Below the pieces are notes generated by a model, which was given only the letters and a program-made list of their open reading frames with translations, did not search any database and was not told the origin of the DNA. Of a DNA stretch of 64,000 nucleotides, positions 9,445 to 20,212 are shown piece after piece (the first letter of the stretch is position 1; the number at the start of each line of letters is the position of its first letter). The translations under genes were made by a program, and so were the position numbers. The stretch is from positions 27,412-91,411 of IMG/VR virus record IMGVR_UViG_3300017951_000010; one strand, 5' to 3'. The DNA is from a virus.

Positions 9445-9898
9445 TTGGTATTTTGAAGTAAGCAGATCACTAGATAAGATTCCAGATTGCACAGCATACT
9501 TTGACAAAGAATTAATCGAAGCAAAGAAACAATGCAGAATATACGGAAATCTTGAAAAAGCATCAGCGGCATTGCCAGGTATAGTAGAAGAACGTTTTGG
9601 ACAACTTCAACAACTAGAGGCTATACTTGAATACCTAAATATAGAACTTAGAAGATTGAGGTCAAAAACTTTTAAAAAGTTCTTAGAGAACTACAACCGG
9701 GCACTGTCAAGCAGAGACGCAGAAAAATATGTTGACGGCGAGGACGACGTTGTGGACCTAACAAAGATTGTCAACGATTTTGCTTTACTACGTAACCAAT
9801 GGCTGGGCATAACCAAAGGACTTGATCAGAAGCAATGGCAGATCACAAACATTGTAAAACTGAGAGTCGCGGGAATGGAAGATGCCGACATCAAATAA
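9437..9898 (+). CDS. uvsY: recombination mediator UvsY-like
   Basis: Coiled-coil with AEKYVDGEDD and KGLDQKQWQITNIVKLR; follows uvsX. Confidence 0.8.
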   Translation: MTNWYFEVSRSLDKIPDCTAYFDKELIEAKKQCRIYGNLEKASAALPGIVEERFGQLQQLEAILEYLNIELRRLRSKTFKKFLENYNRALSSRDAEKYVDGEDDVVDLTKIVNDFALLRNQWLGITKGLDQKQWQITNIVKLRVAGMEDADIK

Positions 9899-10511
9899 CA
9901 GAATCATATTAACGGACGTTGATGGGGTTTTACTAGAATGGGAACATCATTTCACCAAATGGATGTTGCAAAGAACACTTTTTGACGCCCGAGGAGCAAG
10001 ATATCATCCATACAGGCTACTACCCGACAAAGAAAACACCTATGAAATGGCCGAACGTTTTGGATTGTCTAAGACAGAAATCCGTAAATTAATACGCGAA
10101 TTCAATAGGAGTGCATGGATGGGCACACAACGTCCAATGCCGGAGTCACAGACATGGGTCAAACTGTTGGCCGCCGAAGGTTGGACATTCATACCTATTA
10201 CATCTCAGACATCAGACAAGCCAGCACAGGAATTGCGTAAAAAACGATTGGGAGAACTGTTTGGCGACCACGTGTTCGTGAATTACCATATACTAGGCAC
10301 CGGAGCCGACAAAGACAGTGCTTTAGCCGAATTCCACGGAACCGGGCTGTATTGGGTCGAGGATAAACCTCACAACGCCTTAGCAGGGCTCAATTACGGT
10401 TTAAACCCCATATTAATCGACCATCAATACAACCGTGACTTCGAACATCCAGACATAGTGCGTGTAAATAATTGGCAAGACATTCACAAACTTGTGTCAG
10501 GAAGAAAATGA
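9882..10511 (+). CDS. HAD-family 5'(3')-deoxyribonucleotidase-like
   Basis: DVDGVL motif I, ITS motif II, K and WVEDK motifs III/IV, YNR. Confidence 0.8.
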   Translation: MPTSNNRIILTDVDGVLLEWEHHFTKWMLQRTLFDARGARYHPYRLLPDKENTYEMAERFGLSKTEIRKLIREFNRSAWMGTQRPMPESQTWVKLLAAEGWTFIPITSQTSDKPAQELRKKRLGELFGDHVFVNYHILGTGADKDSALAEFHGTGLYWVEDKPHNALAGLNYGLNPILIDHQYNRDFEHPDIVRVNNWQDIHKLVSGRK

Positions 10512-11182
10512 AAATTTACGTAGGTTGGGACAGCAGAGAAGACATAGCATATCAAGTGTGTGAACACTCCATCAAGCGCAGAGACCCCTCAGCGGAAGTG
10601 ATACCACTCAAACAGAACGACATGAGGGCGCAAGGAATATACACACGAGAAAAAGACAAACTTGCATCAACCGAATTTACTTTCACAAGATTTTTTGTAC
10701 CTTACCTCAATGATTACAAAGGATGGGCAGTTTTTTGTGACTGTGACTTCTTATGGAAAGTTCCTGCACACAATCTTGTTAAGTTTATGGACCCCAGCAA
10801 AGCAGTTGTTTGTGTTCAGCATGATTACACACCAAAAGAGACTACAAAGATGGACGGACAGGTACAATCCGTGTACCCACGTAAGAATTGGAGTAGCATG
10901 GTTCTGTGGAATTGTGAACACCCAAAAAACAAAATGCTTACCCCCGAATTCCTGAATGAACAGACACCCAAGTTTCTACACAGGTTCTCATGGCTCGAGG
11001 ATTCCGATATAGGGTCACTGCCGCACAACTACAACTGGCTTGTGGGATGGTACAGGGAGCCTGAACAGGGCACTCCCAAGATACTGCACTACACGGAAGG
11101 TGGCCCGTGGTTCGACGGATATAGAAACTGTGAGTACTCGGACGACTGGAAGAAGGAAGCAATCAATCTATTCAGTGCGTAA
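10508..11182 (+). CDS. GT-A glycosyltransferase (GT8-like)
   Basis: STEFTFTRF, DCDFL (DxD), PRKNWSS, YNWLVG, LHYTEGGPWF. Confidence 0.8.
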   Translation: MKIYVGWDSREDIAYQVCEHSIKRRDPSAEVIPLKQNDMRAQGIYTREKDKLASTEFTFTRFFVPYLNDYKGWAVFCDCDFLWKVPAHNLVKFMDPSKAVVCVQHDYTPKETTKMDGQVQSVYPRKNWSSMVLWNCEHPKNKMLTPEFLNEQTPKFLHRFSWLEDSDIGSLPHNYNWLVGWYREPEQGTPKILHYTEGGPWFDGYRNCEYSDDWKKEAINLFSA

Positions 11183-11616
11183 TGAACTGGGAAAAAATAA
11201 AAACTCAACACTACTTCAAGGAACCTGTAGAACACATCTATACAAGTTCTATCTTTGACTCTAAAGAATATGACAGGTTGTATGAAAATCAAAATAACCT
11301 AAATCACCAACATTGGCAAGATTTTGACAAACAATACAGGACCGGTTTCACATTTTTTGAGGACGTCAACGACATATCTCTAAACAACGACGTGCTGTGT
11401 TTATGGTTTTTCAAAGAGCGAAGCGACAGAGGCGTGAGCACAATGATAAATCTGGATGGCAAACTTATTACGTATTTTCCAAACGCTTTCCTAATCACGA
11501 CTAGTAAAAAAATCAAGTTCGAAGAAAAACAAGAGCCATACATACGGAGACCTGTTGTGCAACTGGATATGCCATTAGACACATACAACAGCATCACAAG
11601 TAAGTTTCAAAAGTAA
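11182..11616 (+). CDS. hypothetical protein, possibly a degenerate 2OG-Fe(II) oxygenase fold
   Basis: EPVEHI N-terminus and YFPNAF/RRPVVQL resemble ORF 14784 without its metal ligands. Confidence 0.45.
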   Translation: MNWEKIKTQHYFKEPVEHIYTSSIFDSKEYDRLYENQNNLNHQHWQDFDKQYRTGFTFFEDVNDISLNNDVLCLWFFKERSDRGVSTMINLDGKLITYFPNAFLITTSKKIKFEEKQEPYIRRPVVQLDMPLDTYNSITSKFQK

Positions 11617-12212
11617 ATTTTATCAATTTGGTTTATTCCGTCGTGAGTGTCAATTACTTGTGAGTTCTTGAAACCCAAGTTCGTCATAAAATCATCCATT
11701 TGTTTTTCGTGTGGCATGTCTGGAAATTGTTTGTTGGGATGGATGTTAACTTCTTGAATAACATAGGTTGCCCTCTGGAAAATTTTTGGAGCACCTTGCA
11801 TTATCATTATTTCTGCTCCTTGTACATCTTGCTTGATTAGATCGTAATCCGCATCTTCGCCGATTACCTGTCCAAGTGTCTTCATCTGGCGTGTCTCATA
11901 GTCTTTGAATATTCCAAACAACGTGGAACCTTTTGTATAGGTTATTTTTTTCCTATTTCCTTTGTCGATCTCTCGTAGATAAATTTTTACTTCTTTCTCT
12001 TGGTCTCCTAGCACAGCGATATGTACGTCTTCCGTTAGCATTTTTAATCTTCCTTCGTGTTTTTGTCCTGCTTCTATGCAAGTGTAATGAGCATCCGGCC
12101 AAATGCTTTTTACATTCTTGGTCCAGAAACCATTCCATGCTCCTATGTCTAGAATCTTGGATGGTGTGAAATTTTCTTTTATTTTTAAATTTCTTAGGTA
12201 ATCGTACATCAT
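11607..12212 (-). CDS. FkbM-family methyltransferase
   Basis: ILDIGAWNG, IEA, LIKQDVQGAE. Confidence 0.85.
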   Translation of the reverse strand: MMYDYLRNLKIKENFTPSKILDIGAWNGFWTKNVKSIWPDAHYTCIEAGQKHEGRLKMLTEDVHIAVLGDQEKEVKIYLREIDKGNRKKITYTKGSTLFGIFKDYETRQMKTLGQVIGEDADYDLIKQDVQGAEIMIMQGAPKIFQRATYVIQEVNIHPNKQFPDMPHEKQMDDFMTNLGFKNSQVIDTHDGINQIDKIYF

Positions 12213-12215
12213 TCT

Positions 12216-13028
12216 TTATAAAATTCCTTTGTCCATCAATATCTCAACAGCAGTGCCATTTTCAAACTCTTCGGGCGTGAATTGTTGATATGCAAGGCTG
12301 TACAACCATGGCTCTGGGTCAGCATAATATGGTTCTTCAATATCCTCGAGGTGCACGTTGCCCATGGGTTCAGCGAAACTTTTTCTATGGCAAAAAACAG
12401 GCACGCCCATACATACTGCCTCCACTGCACTGATACTACAACTAGTCACACACGCCCAAGCGTCCTTCAAATCCTCGGATAGGGGCACCTTGGCCTCACT
12501 TGGTCCTGATGTGCCCCTGCCCCTAGGCTTGTGTCGAAGTCTGATCGGTCTGTCTGTATATCTTTTCAGTGATTCTATGGTATTGGTTGTCCAATTGACC
12601 TGGTCCAAATAATTATGAATTCCTGCCGAGCTAGGGCACACTAAAATGTGTTTGCCTTTAAGTGTGGGAGCGGCAATTTTGATTTTGAATTGATCAAATC
12701 TATCTGACCTGCAATCTTTGATAAACCTTGCATGTATAGTGTTTTTACATATCCTCCAGAAATGATTATCTGGCCTAAGGTTGCTGTTGTCAAACCTACC
12801 AAAATAGGGGGTATCAGTAAACCAAAAGTTTTGTCTTCTTGCCTCAAGTCTTTTAACCATTTGTAAGTTGTTTGCAACAAATCCCCAAAACATAGAATTG
12901 TCAGCGGCTTGTGATTGTTTTGCGTTGTCTAAAACCGTCACCTGGTCGGGCCAGGACTTTTGAACTCCTTCAAAAACTTCCCATGCCTTGCTTTTTTTAT
13001 TTTTAAATGGAGCGTAAATTGTTAGCAT
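12216..13028 (-). CDS. capsule-synthesis (KpsS/KpsC-like) GT-B glycosyltransferase-like protein
   Basis: DTPYF, ILVCP, RLRHKP, VTSCSISAVEAVCMGVPV, WLYSLAYQQF. Confidence 0.6.
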   Translation of the reverse strand: MLTIYAPFKNKKSKAWEVFEGVQKSWPDQVTVLDNAKQSQAADNSMFWGFVANNLQMVKRLEARRQNFWFTDTPYFGRFDNSNLRPDNHFWRICKNTIHARFIKDCRSDRFDQFKIKIAAPTLKGKHILVCPSSAGIHNYLDQVNWTTNTIESLKRYTDRPIRLRHKPRGRGTSGPSEAKVPLSEDLKDAWACVTSCSISAVEAVCMGVPVFCHRKSFAEPMGNVHLEDIEEPYYADPEPWLYSLAYQQFTPEEFENGTAVEILMDKGIL

Positions 13029-13665
13029 CTATAAATTCTTTCAGTAAGTTTGCCCATTGTCTATGCCCTTCCGTGGATGGATGTGGATCATTGGGACTGA
13101 CAATCAAGTTCTTTTCTGCGATAAATTCCATTTGACTTATTCCTGGATTAAAAAATCTCTGCATGTTTATCGCTTTCTTTATCACGTCAAAATCCGACAC
13201 ACCACTTTCGAAATCATTTGGCAGGCTGTTGTACATCACGTACGGAATACGTTTGCGCTCAAAATAATTCTGTAAATCAAACACATTGTCAAGAAAATTC
13301 ATAATTAGGTTGTTTTCGATGTCCCATCCTCTGTTGGATCTTAGAAAACTTACGTTGTCTAGGGTTTTCCATGTTCTCCAAGTCAAATCTGTACCAGGAA
13401 TCCTGTCTTTTTTCCAACCATCATTTGTCACGTAATCATTTCTATGAGAACTAGACCAACCAATGACTGCAAATTTATCTTTTGTATCATTCTGCTCGAA
13501 CCAAACCTTTGTGCTGAAACTAATACGATCGTTACCCCTACCACCCATGGCCAGGTTGACCAAGTCTGTTTGATACTCTTTGGCTAAAATTTTTGCGGTG
13601 TGGGTTTCTACTCCATCTTTTGGTCGATCAGTCAAAAAACTGCAACCGTTTGAGAATATTGTCAT
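13003..13665 (-). CDS. SGNH/GDSL-like hydrolase or acyltransferase
   Basis: NGCSF, NLAMGGRGNDRI, IGWS, DPHPSTEGH; ATG 13665 preferred. Confidence 0.65.
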   Translation of the reverse strand: MTIFSNGCSFLTDRPKDGVETHTAKILAKEYQTDLVNLAMGGRGNDRISFSTKVWFEQNDTKDKFAVIGWSSSHRNDYVTNDGWKKDRIPGTDLTWRTWKTLDNVSFLRSNRGWDIENNLIMNFLDNVFDLQNYFERKRIPYVMYNSLPNDFESGVSDFDVIKKAINMQRFFNPGISQMEFIAEKNLIVSPNDPHPSTEGHRQWANLLKEFIDANNLRSI

Positions 13666-13695
13666 GTGTGTCATTATAGCATAATTATTATTTGA

Positions 13696-14784
13696 ATGCC
13701 AGCAAAAAACATAAATGACATACGATTTTTTACAGATCGTTGGGAAACAATAGACCGAACTTACGAATATGATGTAAACTATCATCCATCTGTGCCCTCA
13801 AAATTTAAATCTTTACCAACTTTTGTTTCGGAGTTTTATGATTGTAAAGTCAATAGTTGTCCCGTGTTGCTGACCAGAGACAATCAACTGGTCTCTGACT
13901 TTATCTGGGGGCTAAGATCTAATACCAAGCACAAACCCAGTAAGACACATAAACTATGGTCATTCTGGGGCGAGTCGGTCGATATAAAACTGCCACAGGT
14001 GACCGAAAACTTCAACGAGTCAAACTTGTATGTTTGGTTACCAGTTGACGAATACTGCGTTGGCAATCCATGGCACATTTGGATAGATGTGATTTCAAAG
14101 TTCAGGCTAGTTGAAAAGCGTTGGTCAACTAATTTTGCCAATTACTGTTTTATACTTGCAAACAAAAGTCCTTATCTTGAAAAAATTTGCAAAGCGTTGT
14201 TTCCAGATGTGAAGATTGTTGTCATGCCAAAGGGTGAAACTTGGCATTTCAAACACCTAATTGTTCCTAGCCTCAGCAATTCTGATGATGGTGTAATTGT
14301 TCCACCATTGGCTCAATGGCTAAGGCATTTCAAAGGACTCCCTAAACTAAAAGAAATCAAACCCGACAAAAAGATTGTTGTTCTGAGGCCGGGCGCAACG
14401 TCTAGAAGAATCACTAATTCGGACGAACTACTATTGAAATTAAAAGGATGGCACACAGTAAGTTTAGAAACAATGTCCATAGAAGACCAAATGCGTGTGT
14501 TTGCGGAATCGACTCATGTACTAGCGGCACACGGTGCAGGACTAACAAATCTTCTGTGGTGTAATCCTGGAACCAAGGTCATAGAGATACAGGACAGGAA
14601 CATGTTACACAAAAAGGTATACCCGTTGTTGTCTTACCACCTGGGTCTGAAACATGAATTGTATATAGCAGACAGTGAACGGATTCATTTGCAGGGCGGA
14701 AAGAGGCCTAAGGGCATAAAAAGATTTAGTGACATGATCGACTTCAAAATCAACATACCGGAAATAATGGAGATATTAGATTGA
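13696..14784 (+). CDS. glycosyltransferase family 61 (DUF563)
   Basis: NPWHIWID, RRITN, QMRVF, AHGAGLTNLLW, VIEI. Confidence 0.85.
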   Translation: MPAKNINDIRFFTDRWETIDRTYEYDVNYHPSVPSKFKSLPTFVSEFYDCKVNSCPVLLTRDNQLVSDFIWGLRSNTKHKPSKTHKLWSFWGESVDIKLPQVTENFNESNLYVWLPVDEYCVGNPWHIWIDVISKFRLVEKRWSTNFANYCFILANKSPYLEKICKALFPDVKIVVMPKGETWHFKHLIVPSLSNSDDGVIVPPLAQWLRHFKGLPKLKEIKPDKKIVVLRPGATSRRITNSDELLLKLKGWHTVSLETMSIEDQMRVFAESTHVLAAHGAGLTNLLWCNPGTKVIEIQDRNMLHKKVYPLLSYHLGLKHELYIADSERIHLQGGKRPKGIKRFSDMIDFKINIPEIMEILD

Positions 14785-15527
14785 TGCACTCCATACTTAA
14801 AAATTTCAAGGCAGTTGTAACTGATCCATATCCACATTTTATAATAGAAGACGCATTACCTTGGGATCTTTACTCTACACTGGAACATGAATGGCCTGCT
14901 GAACAGATGCTATCTACCAAACCCTATGATAATGGTGTATGCTACAGGTTGAAAGCGGACGTTATGCTGAAACAAGGTGAAGTGTCTGAGACATGGAGAA
15001 ATTTCTGTGAGTATCACACATCGGTTGAATTCTTTGATGAGGTTAGAAATATATTCAAAGATTACATAGAACCATTACAAGGCAAACTGGGAGCTCGGGG
15101 TTGGGCAGAAAATGATGCAGAGGTTTGGACTGACTGCCAGACTGTGATGCATAAGCCTATCACCTATACGTCCAGAACCGCCCACATCGACAACCCGATG
15201 GAGATGTACGCTGGATTGCTTTACATGCCATACCCCGATGATAAAAGTTTAGGAGGTGAATTCCAGATACACAAAGCAATCAACGACATAACAAAGGTAG
15301 ACAAATCTAAAGGTAGACAAATATATGACGAGGACCTAGGTGACGTTGTCACTACTGTTCCCTACAAACCAAACACTTTCGTGATGTTTTGTAATTCTAC
15401 CCCAAACGCAATACACAGTGTTACACCGCGTATTCATCCGCAACTACACAGGCGCAGTGTAAACATAATAGGTGAGTACAGCAGACAGAGTGGCAAGTCT
15501 ATGTATAAAGTGACAGAATTGAAATGA
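14784..15527 (+). CDS. 2OG-Fe(II) oxygenase
   Basis: DPYPHFIIE, HID, GGEF, HSVTPR, RRSVN. Confidence 0.75.
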   Translation: MHSILKNFKAVVTDPYPHFIIEDALPWDLYSTLEHEWPAEQMLSTKPYDNGVCYRLKADVMLKQGEVSETWRNFCEYHTSVEFFDEVRNIFKDYIEPLQGKLGARGWAENDAEVWTDCQTVMHKPITYTSRTAHIDNPMEMYAGLLYMPYPDDKSLGGEFQIHKAINDITKVDKSKGRQIYDEDLGDVVTTVPYKPNTFVMFCNSTPNAIHSVTPRIHPQLHRRSVNIIGEYSRQSGKSMYKVTELK

Positions 15528-16339
15528 TAGCAGGCATACACACCACCAAACAACGAACCCAGAGATATGTTGACGCATTCGTTAGAGGCACGCCAGGACC
15601 CAACACGATATACCAGTTCAGGGACCTGACTAGGTTACCTGAAGAAAAGCTCACAATGTATGGCATACTGGCAGGATCCGGAGAGGTGTACAAGTGGTGC
15701 CAGAGAGAACAAAAAGATTTCTATTTCATGGACCATGGATACTTCAAAAACTGCCATGATGAACCTCATTGGCTACGCATCACACGAAACGCACACTGTC
15801 AAAACAAGATCACGACAACAAAGACAGACAGGTATGAGAAATATTTCAAGAAAGATATTAAGCCATGGAACAAAAATGGAAAGAGCATACTGGTACTCCC
15901 GCCAACAAATGCTATAAGCAATTTCTTCCAGGTCACGGACTGGCTTGACAAAACAATGGCCACCTTGAAGAACAACACAGACAGACCCATAGAAGTGCGA
16001 GAGAAACCCTACAATCCAACTATAGAAGTAGATCATGTCGGGGCCACTGTCAAAGTGGACAGGCCAACAAATCACCAAGGCAAAATAGAATGGAGCAAGT
16101 ATTTCGCCACTGTCACGTACAATTCCAACACCATGGTGGAGAGCCTTACCAACGGAGTCCCCGTTCTGTGCGATCCGGTCAACTGTGCGGCGGCACCAAT
16201 ATCAGAAACTGATTTCAGTAAAATAGAATCGCCTAAATACGGTGACAGAGTTGCCTTATTTTCAAATTTGGCCTACAACAATTGGAACATGGAAGAAATG
16301 GCTAATGGTACAGCATGGAGAATGATTAATGAAAGTTGA
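15524..16339 (+). CDS. capsule-synthesis-like GT-B glycosyltransferase paralog
   Basis: MDHGYF, ILVLPP, VREKP, VTYNSNTMVESLTNGVPV, LAYNNW. Confidence 0.6.
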   Translation: MIAGIHTTKQRTQRYVDAFVRGTPGPNTIYQFRDLTRLPEEKLTMYGILAGSGEVYKWCQREQKDFYFMDHGYFKNCHDEPHWLRITRNAHCQNKITTTKTDRYEKYFKKDIKPWNKNGKSILVLPPTNAISNFFQVTDWLDKTMATLKNNTDRPIEVREKPYNPTIEVDHVGATVKVDRPTNHQGKIEWSKYFATVTYNSNTMVESLTNGVPVLCDPVNCAAAPISETDFSKIESPKYGDRVALFSNLAYNNWNMEEMANGTAWRMINES

Positions 16340-17312
16340 AATTTTTAGAAGAACGGTAAAAGATAGGAGAAAAGGCAACAGTTGGGACTTGTTGTATCAC
16401 CTAAAGGAAGGCATAGAAGCCGCGGGAGATGAAGCAGTTATAGTCAATGAACACAGGACTGGACCAACAGTTCCAGGAGAAATGACACCGACTGCACCCA
16501 TGGCGGCCATGTTTGGTTATGGCGGTGACCGACAAATGCACCACACCAAAGGCAGACGTAGAGAACTTGCAGACAACTGTAGGGCAAAGAAGATTCCTCT
16601 CATAACTTTTGACGGTGGTGTTTTATCGAGTTTTGGTAACGTGTCAACGTCACCAGATCATCATTTCAGGGTATCCTTGTACACCCCGATGAATGACGGG
16701 AACTTCCTGTCTGACAACAGTCCAGGTGATCGTTGGGAAATGATGCGTAAGAAATTCAAAGTAAAATATGAACCATGGCGTAAATCCAATCAAGAAGACC
16801 CTATAATATTCGTATTACAGCCAAAAGACAACTGGAGCATGAACGAGCTAGACCCTATCGAATGGTTCAACGGCGTATATGAAAAACTTAGACCGATAAC
16901 AGACAGAAAATTTATAGTCAGGCCACATCCAAATAATGTGGCATCAATTGACGACAGGCGAAAAGAATTTCCTGACGATATAGAACTACAATTCACACAA
17001 AAACATTTTGCCGGAGATGAAAAAAAGCACTATAGATTCAATTTCCAAGATACTATAACTAATTGTCATGCTGTTGTTACTCACAATTCTACTGCCAGCG
17101 TCGACTCTTGCGTTCGTGGGATACCTACCTTTTGTACCTCAGATCTTGCGCTTTGTTGGCCTGTAGCAAACAAAGATCTAAACAGGATCGAAACGCCCGA
17201 ATATCCGGACCGGACACAATGGTTGCATGACCTTGGCTATAAGATGTGGAGCATCAAAGAAATCAGAGACGGCACAGTATACAAAAGGTTCAAAGAAAAA
17301 CTAGGACTATGA
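16329..17312 (+). CDS. capsule-synthesis-like GT-B glycosyltransferase paralog
   Basis: FVLQPKD, VRPHP, VTHNSTASVDSCVRGIP, WLHDLGY. Confidence 0.65.
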   Translation: MKVEIFRRTVKDRRKGNSWDLLYHLKEGIEAAGDEAVIVNEHRTGPTVPGEMTPTAPMAAMFGYGGDRQMHHTKGRRRELADNCRAKKIPLITFDGGVLSSFGNVSTSPDHHFRVSLYTPMNDGNFLSDNSPGDRWEMMRKKFKVKYEPWRKSNQEDPIIFVLQPKDNWSMNELDPIEWFNGVYEKLRPITDRKFIVRPHPNNVASIDDRRKEFPDDIELQFTQKHFAGDEKKHYRFNFQDTITNCHAVVTHNSTASVDSCVRGIPTFCTSDLALCWPVANKDLNRIETPEYPDRTQWLHDLGYKMWSIKEIRDGTVYKRFKEKLGL

Positions 17313-18169
17313 CGAGTCTTGCAGTAATTACAACTTTTCCACCAAAAAACAACTACGCTGATAGGATGATTCAAAGTCATATCGACAATTGGCCCGATGA
17401 CGTGACACTTTATGCCTACTACGAAAAAAACAAGCCAACACTCGAACACCCAAAAGTCAAATACGTAGACACAGAAGCGGTGAACCCTGAACTTGTAAGA
17501 TTCAAAAATCGCCATAAAAATGATCCTGTGGCGAATGGTGAGACCACACCCATACCTGGGGGAGTAAGAAGATTGCCAAATGCAGGAGACCTAGACAGAG
17601 GCAAAGGTTCCTTTCTTTGGGACGCGGTAAGGTTTTCTCACAAAGTCTTTTGTGTTGCACACGCCATTGAAAACATCGACAACGACTACTTGCTTTGGCT
17701 TGATGCTGACACCTACACGTTCCGTCCGATAACAAAAAAGTTTGTGACGGATCTATTGCCGAACGACAAACTTGTAAACTACCTAGGGAGGCCAACATAT
17801 CCCGAGTGTGGTTGGGTATGCTACAATAGGAGACATCCAAAAATAAAAGAGTTTATCCACCAATGGACAAAACTATATACTAATGACACAATATTCAACG
17901 AGCTGGAATGGCACGACAGTTATCTGTTTTGGCAGGTATTACAGCGAGTGGCTCCTGACCAAGGCGTGGACATAGGACACGGTGCGGGAGTACAAGGACT
18001 GCATGTTTTCGTGAACAGTGTTCTAGGAGAATATGTCGATCACATGAAAGGAAAAAGGAAATTGAAGGGCAAAAGTTCAAAATCAGACCTTAGAGTAAAA
18101 AGAGATCAACAATATTGGCAGACGGTTGAAGACTACAACCCGTTTGCAAAACAAGGAGACAAAAAATAA
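17309..18169 (+). CDS. GT-A glycosyltransferase (phage family)
   Basis: WDAVRFSHKVF, WLDAD, ECG, WHDSY, DHMKG. Confidence 0.7.
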   Translation: MTSLAVITTFPPKNNYADRMIQSHIDNWPDDVTLYAYYEKNKPTLEHPKVKYVDTEAVNPELVRFKNRHKNDPVANGETTPIPGGVRRLPNAGDLDRGKGSFLWDAVRFSHKVFCVAHAIENIDNDYLLWLDADTYTFRPITKKFVTDLLPNDKLVNYLGRPTYPECGWVCYNRRHPKIKEFIHQWTKLYTNDTIFNELEWHDSYLFWQVLQRVAPDQGVDIGHGAGVQGLHVFVNSVLGEYVDHMKGKRKLKGKSSKSDLRVKRDQQYWQTVEDYNPFAKQGDKK

Positions 18170-19327
18170 ATGAAATACCCACTAGCATACTCCACTTGGG
18201 GCAAAGAAGAATTAGATGCAATACAAAAAGTGATTGACACGGACATGTACACCATGGGCAAACATGTAAAACAATTTGAGAATGAATTTGCAGAACTTTT
18301 CCACTCTCCCAATGCCATCATGGTAAATTCTGGTTCGAGCGCAAACCTTTTGATGCTCAGCCTTTTAAAATGGAAATACAAACTGACAGGTGACATAATT
18401 GTTCCTGTTGTAGGTTGGGCAACTACCTATTTCCCAATAGCACAAAATGGCTTTAAGATAAACTTTGTTGATGTAGATCCAAACACATGGAACATAGATG
18501 TTAACAAAATAGAACAGGCGATTACACCAAACACCTGTGCAATTATGCCAGTAAATTTGTTGGGCAATAGTTGTGACTACCAAGCAATCAAAAGCATTTG
18601 CGATAAACATAACCTTGTTCTTATAGAAGACAACTGCGAGTCGATGGGTGCTAAATTCAACGAGCAACACACGGGCACCTTTGGCCTGGCCGGCTCATTC
18701 AGTTTCTTCTTTAGTCATCACATACAAACAATGGAAGGCGGTATGATATTGTGCCGAGACAAGGAAGACGCGGACTACCTAAGGAGTATGAGGGCACACG
18801 GTTGGGTAAGAGAATTGCCTGACAATTCTTCATTGTATCAAAAAACAGGAAATGCATTTGATGATAATTTTATATTTGCCACTCCGGGATACAATCTACG
18901 TCCTCTAGAAATGAGTGGAGCGATTGGCTCTGTCCAACTTACAAAATGGGATTCAATCATGTCCACTAGATTGGCCAACGCCAAACATTTTTTAAATTTG
19001 TTCTCAAACAAATCGTGGTGCAGGATACAACAGGAGACCGGTAAAAGCAGTTGGTTCACATTTGGGATAGTGCTTGATGGAAAACTAAAAGGAAGGCGGC
19101 CAGAAGTGATAGACGCATTGTCTAAGGCAGGCATACAGAACAGACCGTTGGCATCGAGGAATTTTCTTAAACAACCAGTTATGCCAAACTTAGACTACAT
19201 GGTGTCTGGTACAACGGAGTCGGCTGATGACATACACGAAAACGGATTTTTTGTTGGCAACGGAAGTGTTGGTATACAAGAAGAGATCAGCCAGATGTAT
19301 GAAATAATCAGTGGTATTGCAAAATGA
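18170..19327 (+). CDS. DegT/DnrJ-fold PLP enzyme, ColD-like GDP-4-keto-6-deoxymannose 3-dehydratase
   Basis: VNSGSSAN, EDNCESMG, SFFFSHHIQTMEGG (His in place of the usual Lys), GYNLRP. Confidence 0.8.
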   Translation: MKYPLAYSTWGKEELDAIQKVIDTDMYTMGKHVKQFENEFAELFHSPNAIMVNSGSSANLLMLSLLKWKYKLTGDIIVPVVGWATTYFPIAQNGFKINFVDVDPNTWNIDVNKIEQAITPNTCAIMPVNLLGNSCDYQAIKSICDKHNLVLIEDNCESMGAKFNEQHTGTFGLAGSFSFFFSHHIQTMEGGMILCRDKEDADYLRSMRAHGWVRELPDNSSLYQKTGNAFDDNFIFATPGYNLRPLEMSGAIGSVQLTKWDSIMSTRLANAKHFLNLFSNKSWCRIQQETGKSSWFTFGIVLDGKLKGRRPEVIDALSKAGIQNRPLASRNFLKQPVMPNLDYMVSGTTESADDIHENGFFVGNGSVGIQEEISQMYEIISGIAK

Positions 19328-20196
19328 AAAGTTTAACAATCGCAACAACCTGGGGCACGAAATACCATCCTAACCCTGTGGTTCCGTGTGTAGAAAGCAC
19401 TATCAAAAACTGGCCCGAACATGCCAAGATACTTTTATATCCAGACGACATGAACCAATCTATAAAATCACCTCGTGTGCAAAACATAGATCTGTTACAG
19501 GCACAACCAAAACTGCAAGAATTCATTAACAGGCATAAAGACGACCCGATGTTGAATCCTCGAATACGACAAAATACACAGGAGCAAAAAGGATTCGACA
19601 AAGACACCTCGATATATGTGTACGATGCAGTGCGTTTTAGTTATAAAGTTTTTGCGTGTATAGACGCTTGGCAAAGGACCAAACCTGATATGCTATGGTT
19701 CTTGGATGCTGATCTACTGACATTTGAAAAGATCCCAATGTCTTGGCTAGAACACATAATGCCAGATACAGCGTTCACGTCTTATCTGGGCCGACCAAAA
19801 AAAGGTTTTTCTGAGACTGGATACTACGCATTTAACACCGCACACAAATACACAGGCGAATTTTTTGAGAGATGGGAACAGTACTACACAGAAGATTTAT
19901 TTTTCAACATACAAAAGGGTTTTCTAAACCATTTTCCAATATCAGGGTACACAGACTCGTTCACGTTTGATGCTGTCAGGATCGAAATGGAACAGGCTGG
20001 TAAAATAAAAAATGAAGACCTAAATGACGGCAGGTGGGCGGGCGAAAGAAAGGCCAGGCATCCATTTATCAATTCAGAATTGGGACAGTACATGGACCAC
20101 ATGAAAGGTTACACAAGAAAGTCTGCAATGAGCTCTAAAAAAAGAGACCTTACCACTAAACAGACACATCCATATTGGCAAACACTAAAAGATTAG
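19324..20196 (+). CDS. GT-A glycosyltransferase paralog
   Basis: YDAVRFSYKVF, FLDAD, ETG, TDSF, HPFINSELGQYMDHMKG. Confidence 0.7.
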   Translation: MKSLTIATTWGTKYHPNPVVPCVESTIKNWPEHAKILLYPDDMNQSIKSPRVQNIDLLQAQPKLQEFINRHKDDPMLNPRIRQNTQEQKGFDKDTSIYVYDAVRFSYKVFACIDAWQRTKPDMLWFLDADLLTFEKIPMSWLEHIMPDTAFTSYLGRPKKGFSETGYYAFNTAHKYTGEFFERWEQYYTEDLFFNIQKGFLNHFPISGYTDSFTFDAVRIEMEQAGKIKNEDLNDGRWAGERKARHPFINSELGQYMDHMKGYTRKSAMSSKKRDLTTKQTHPYWQTLKD

Positions 20197-20212
20197 GTTA
20201 GTAAATATGGCT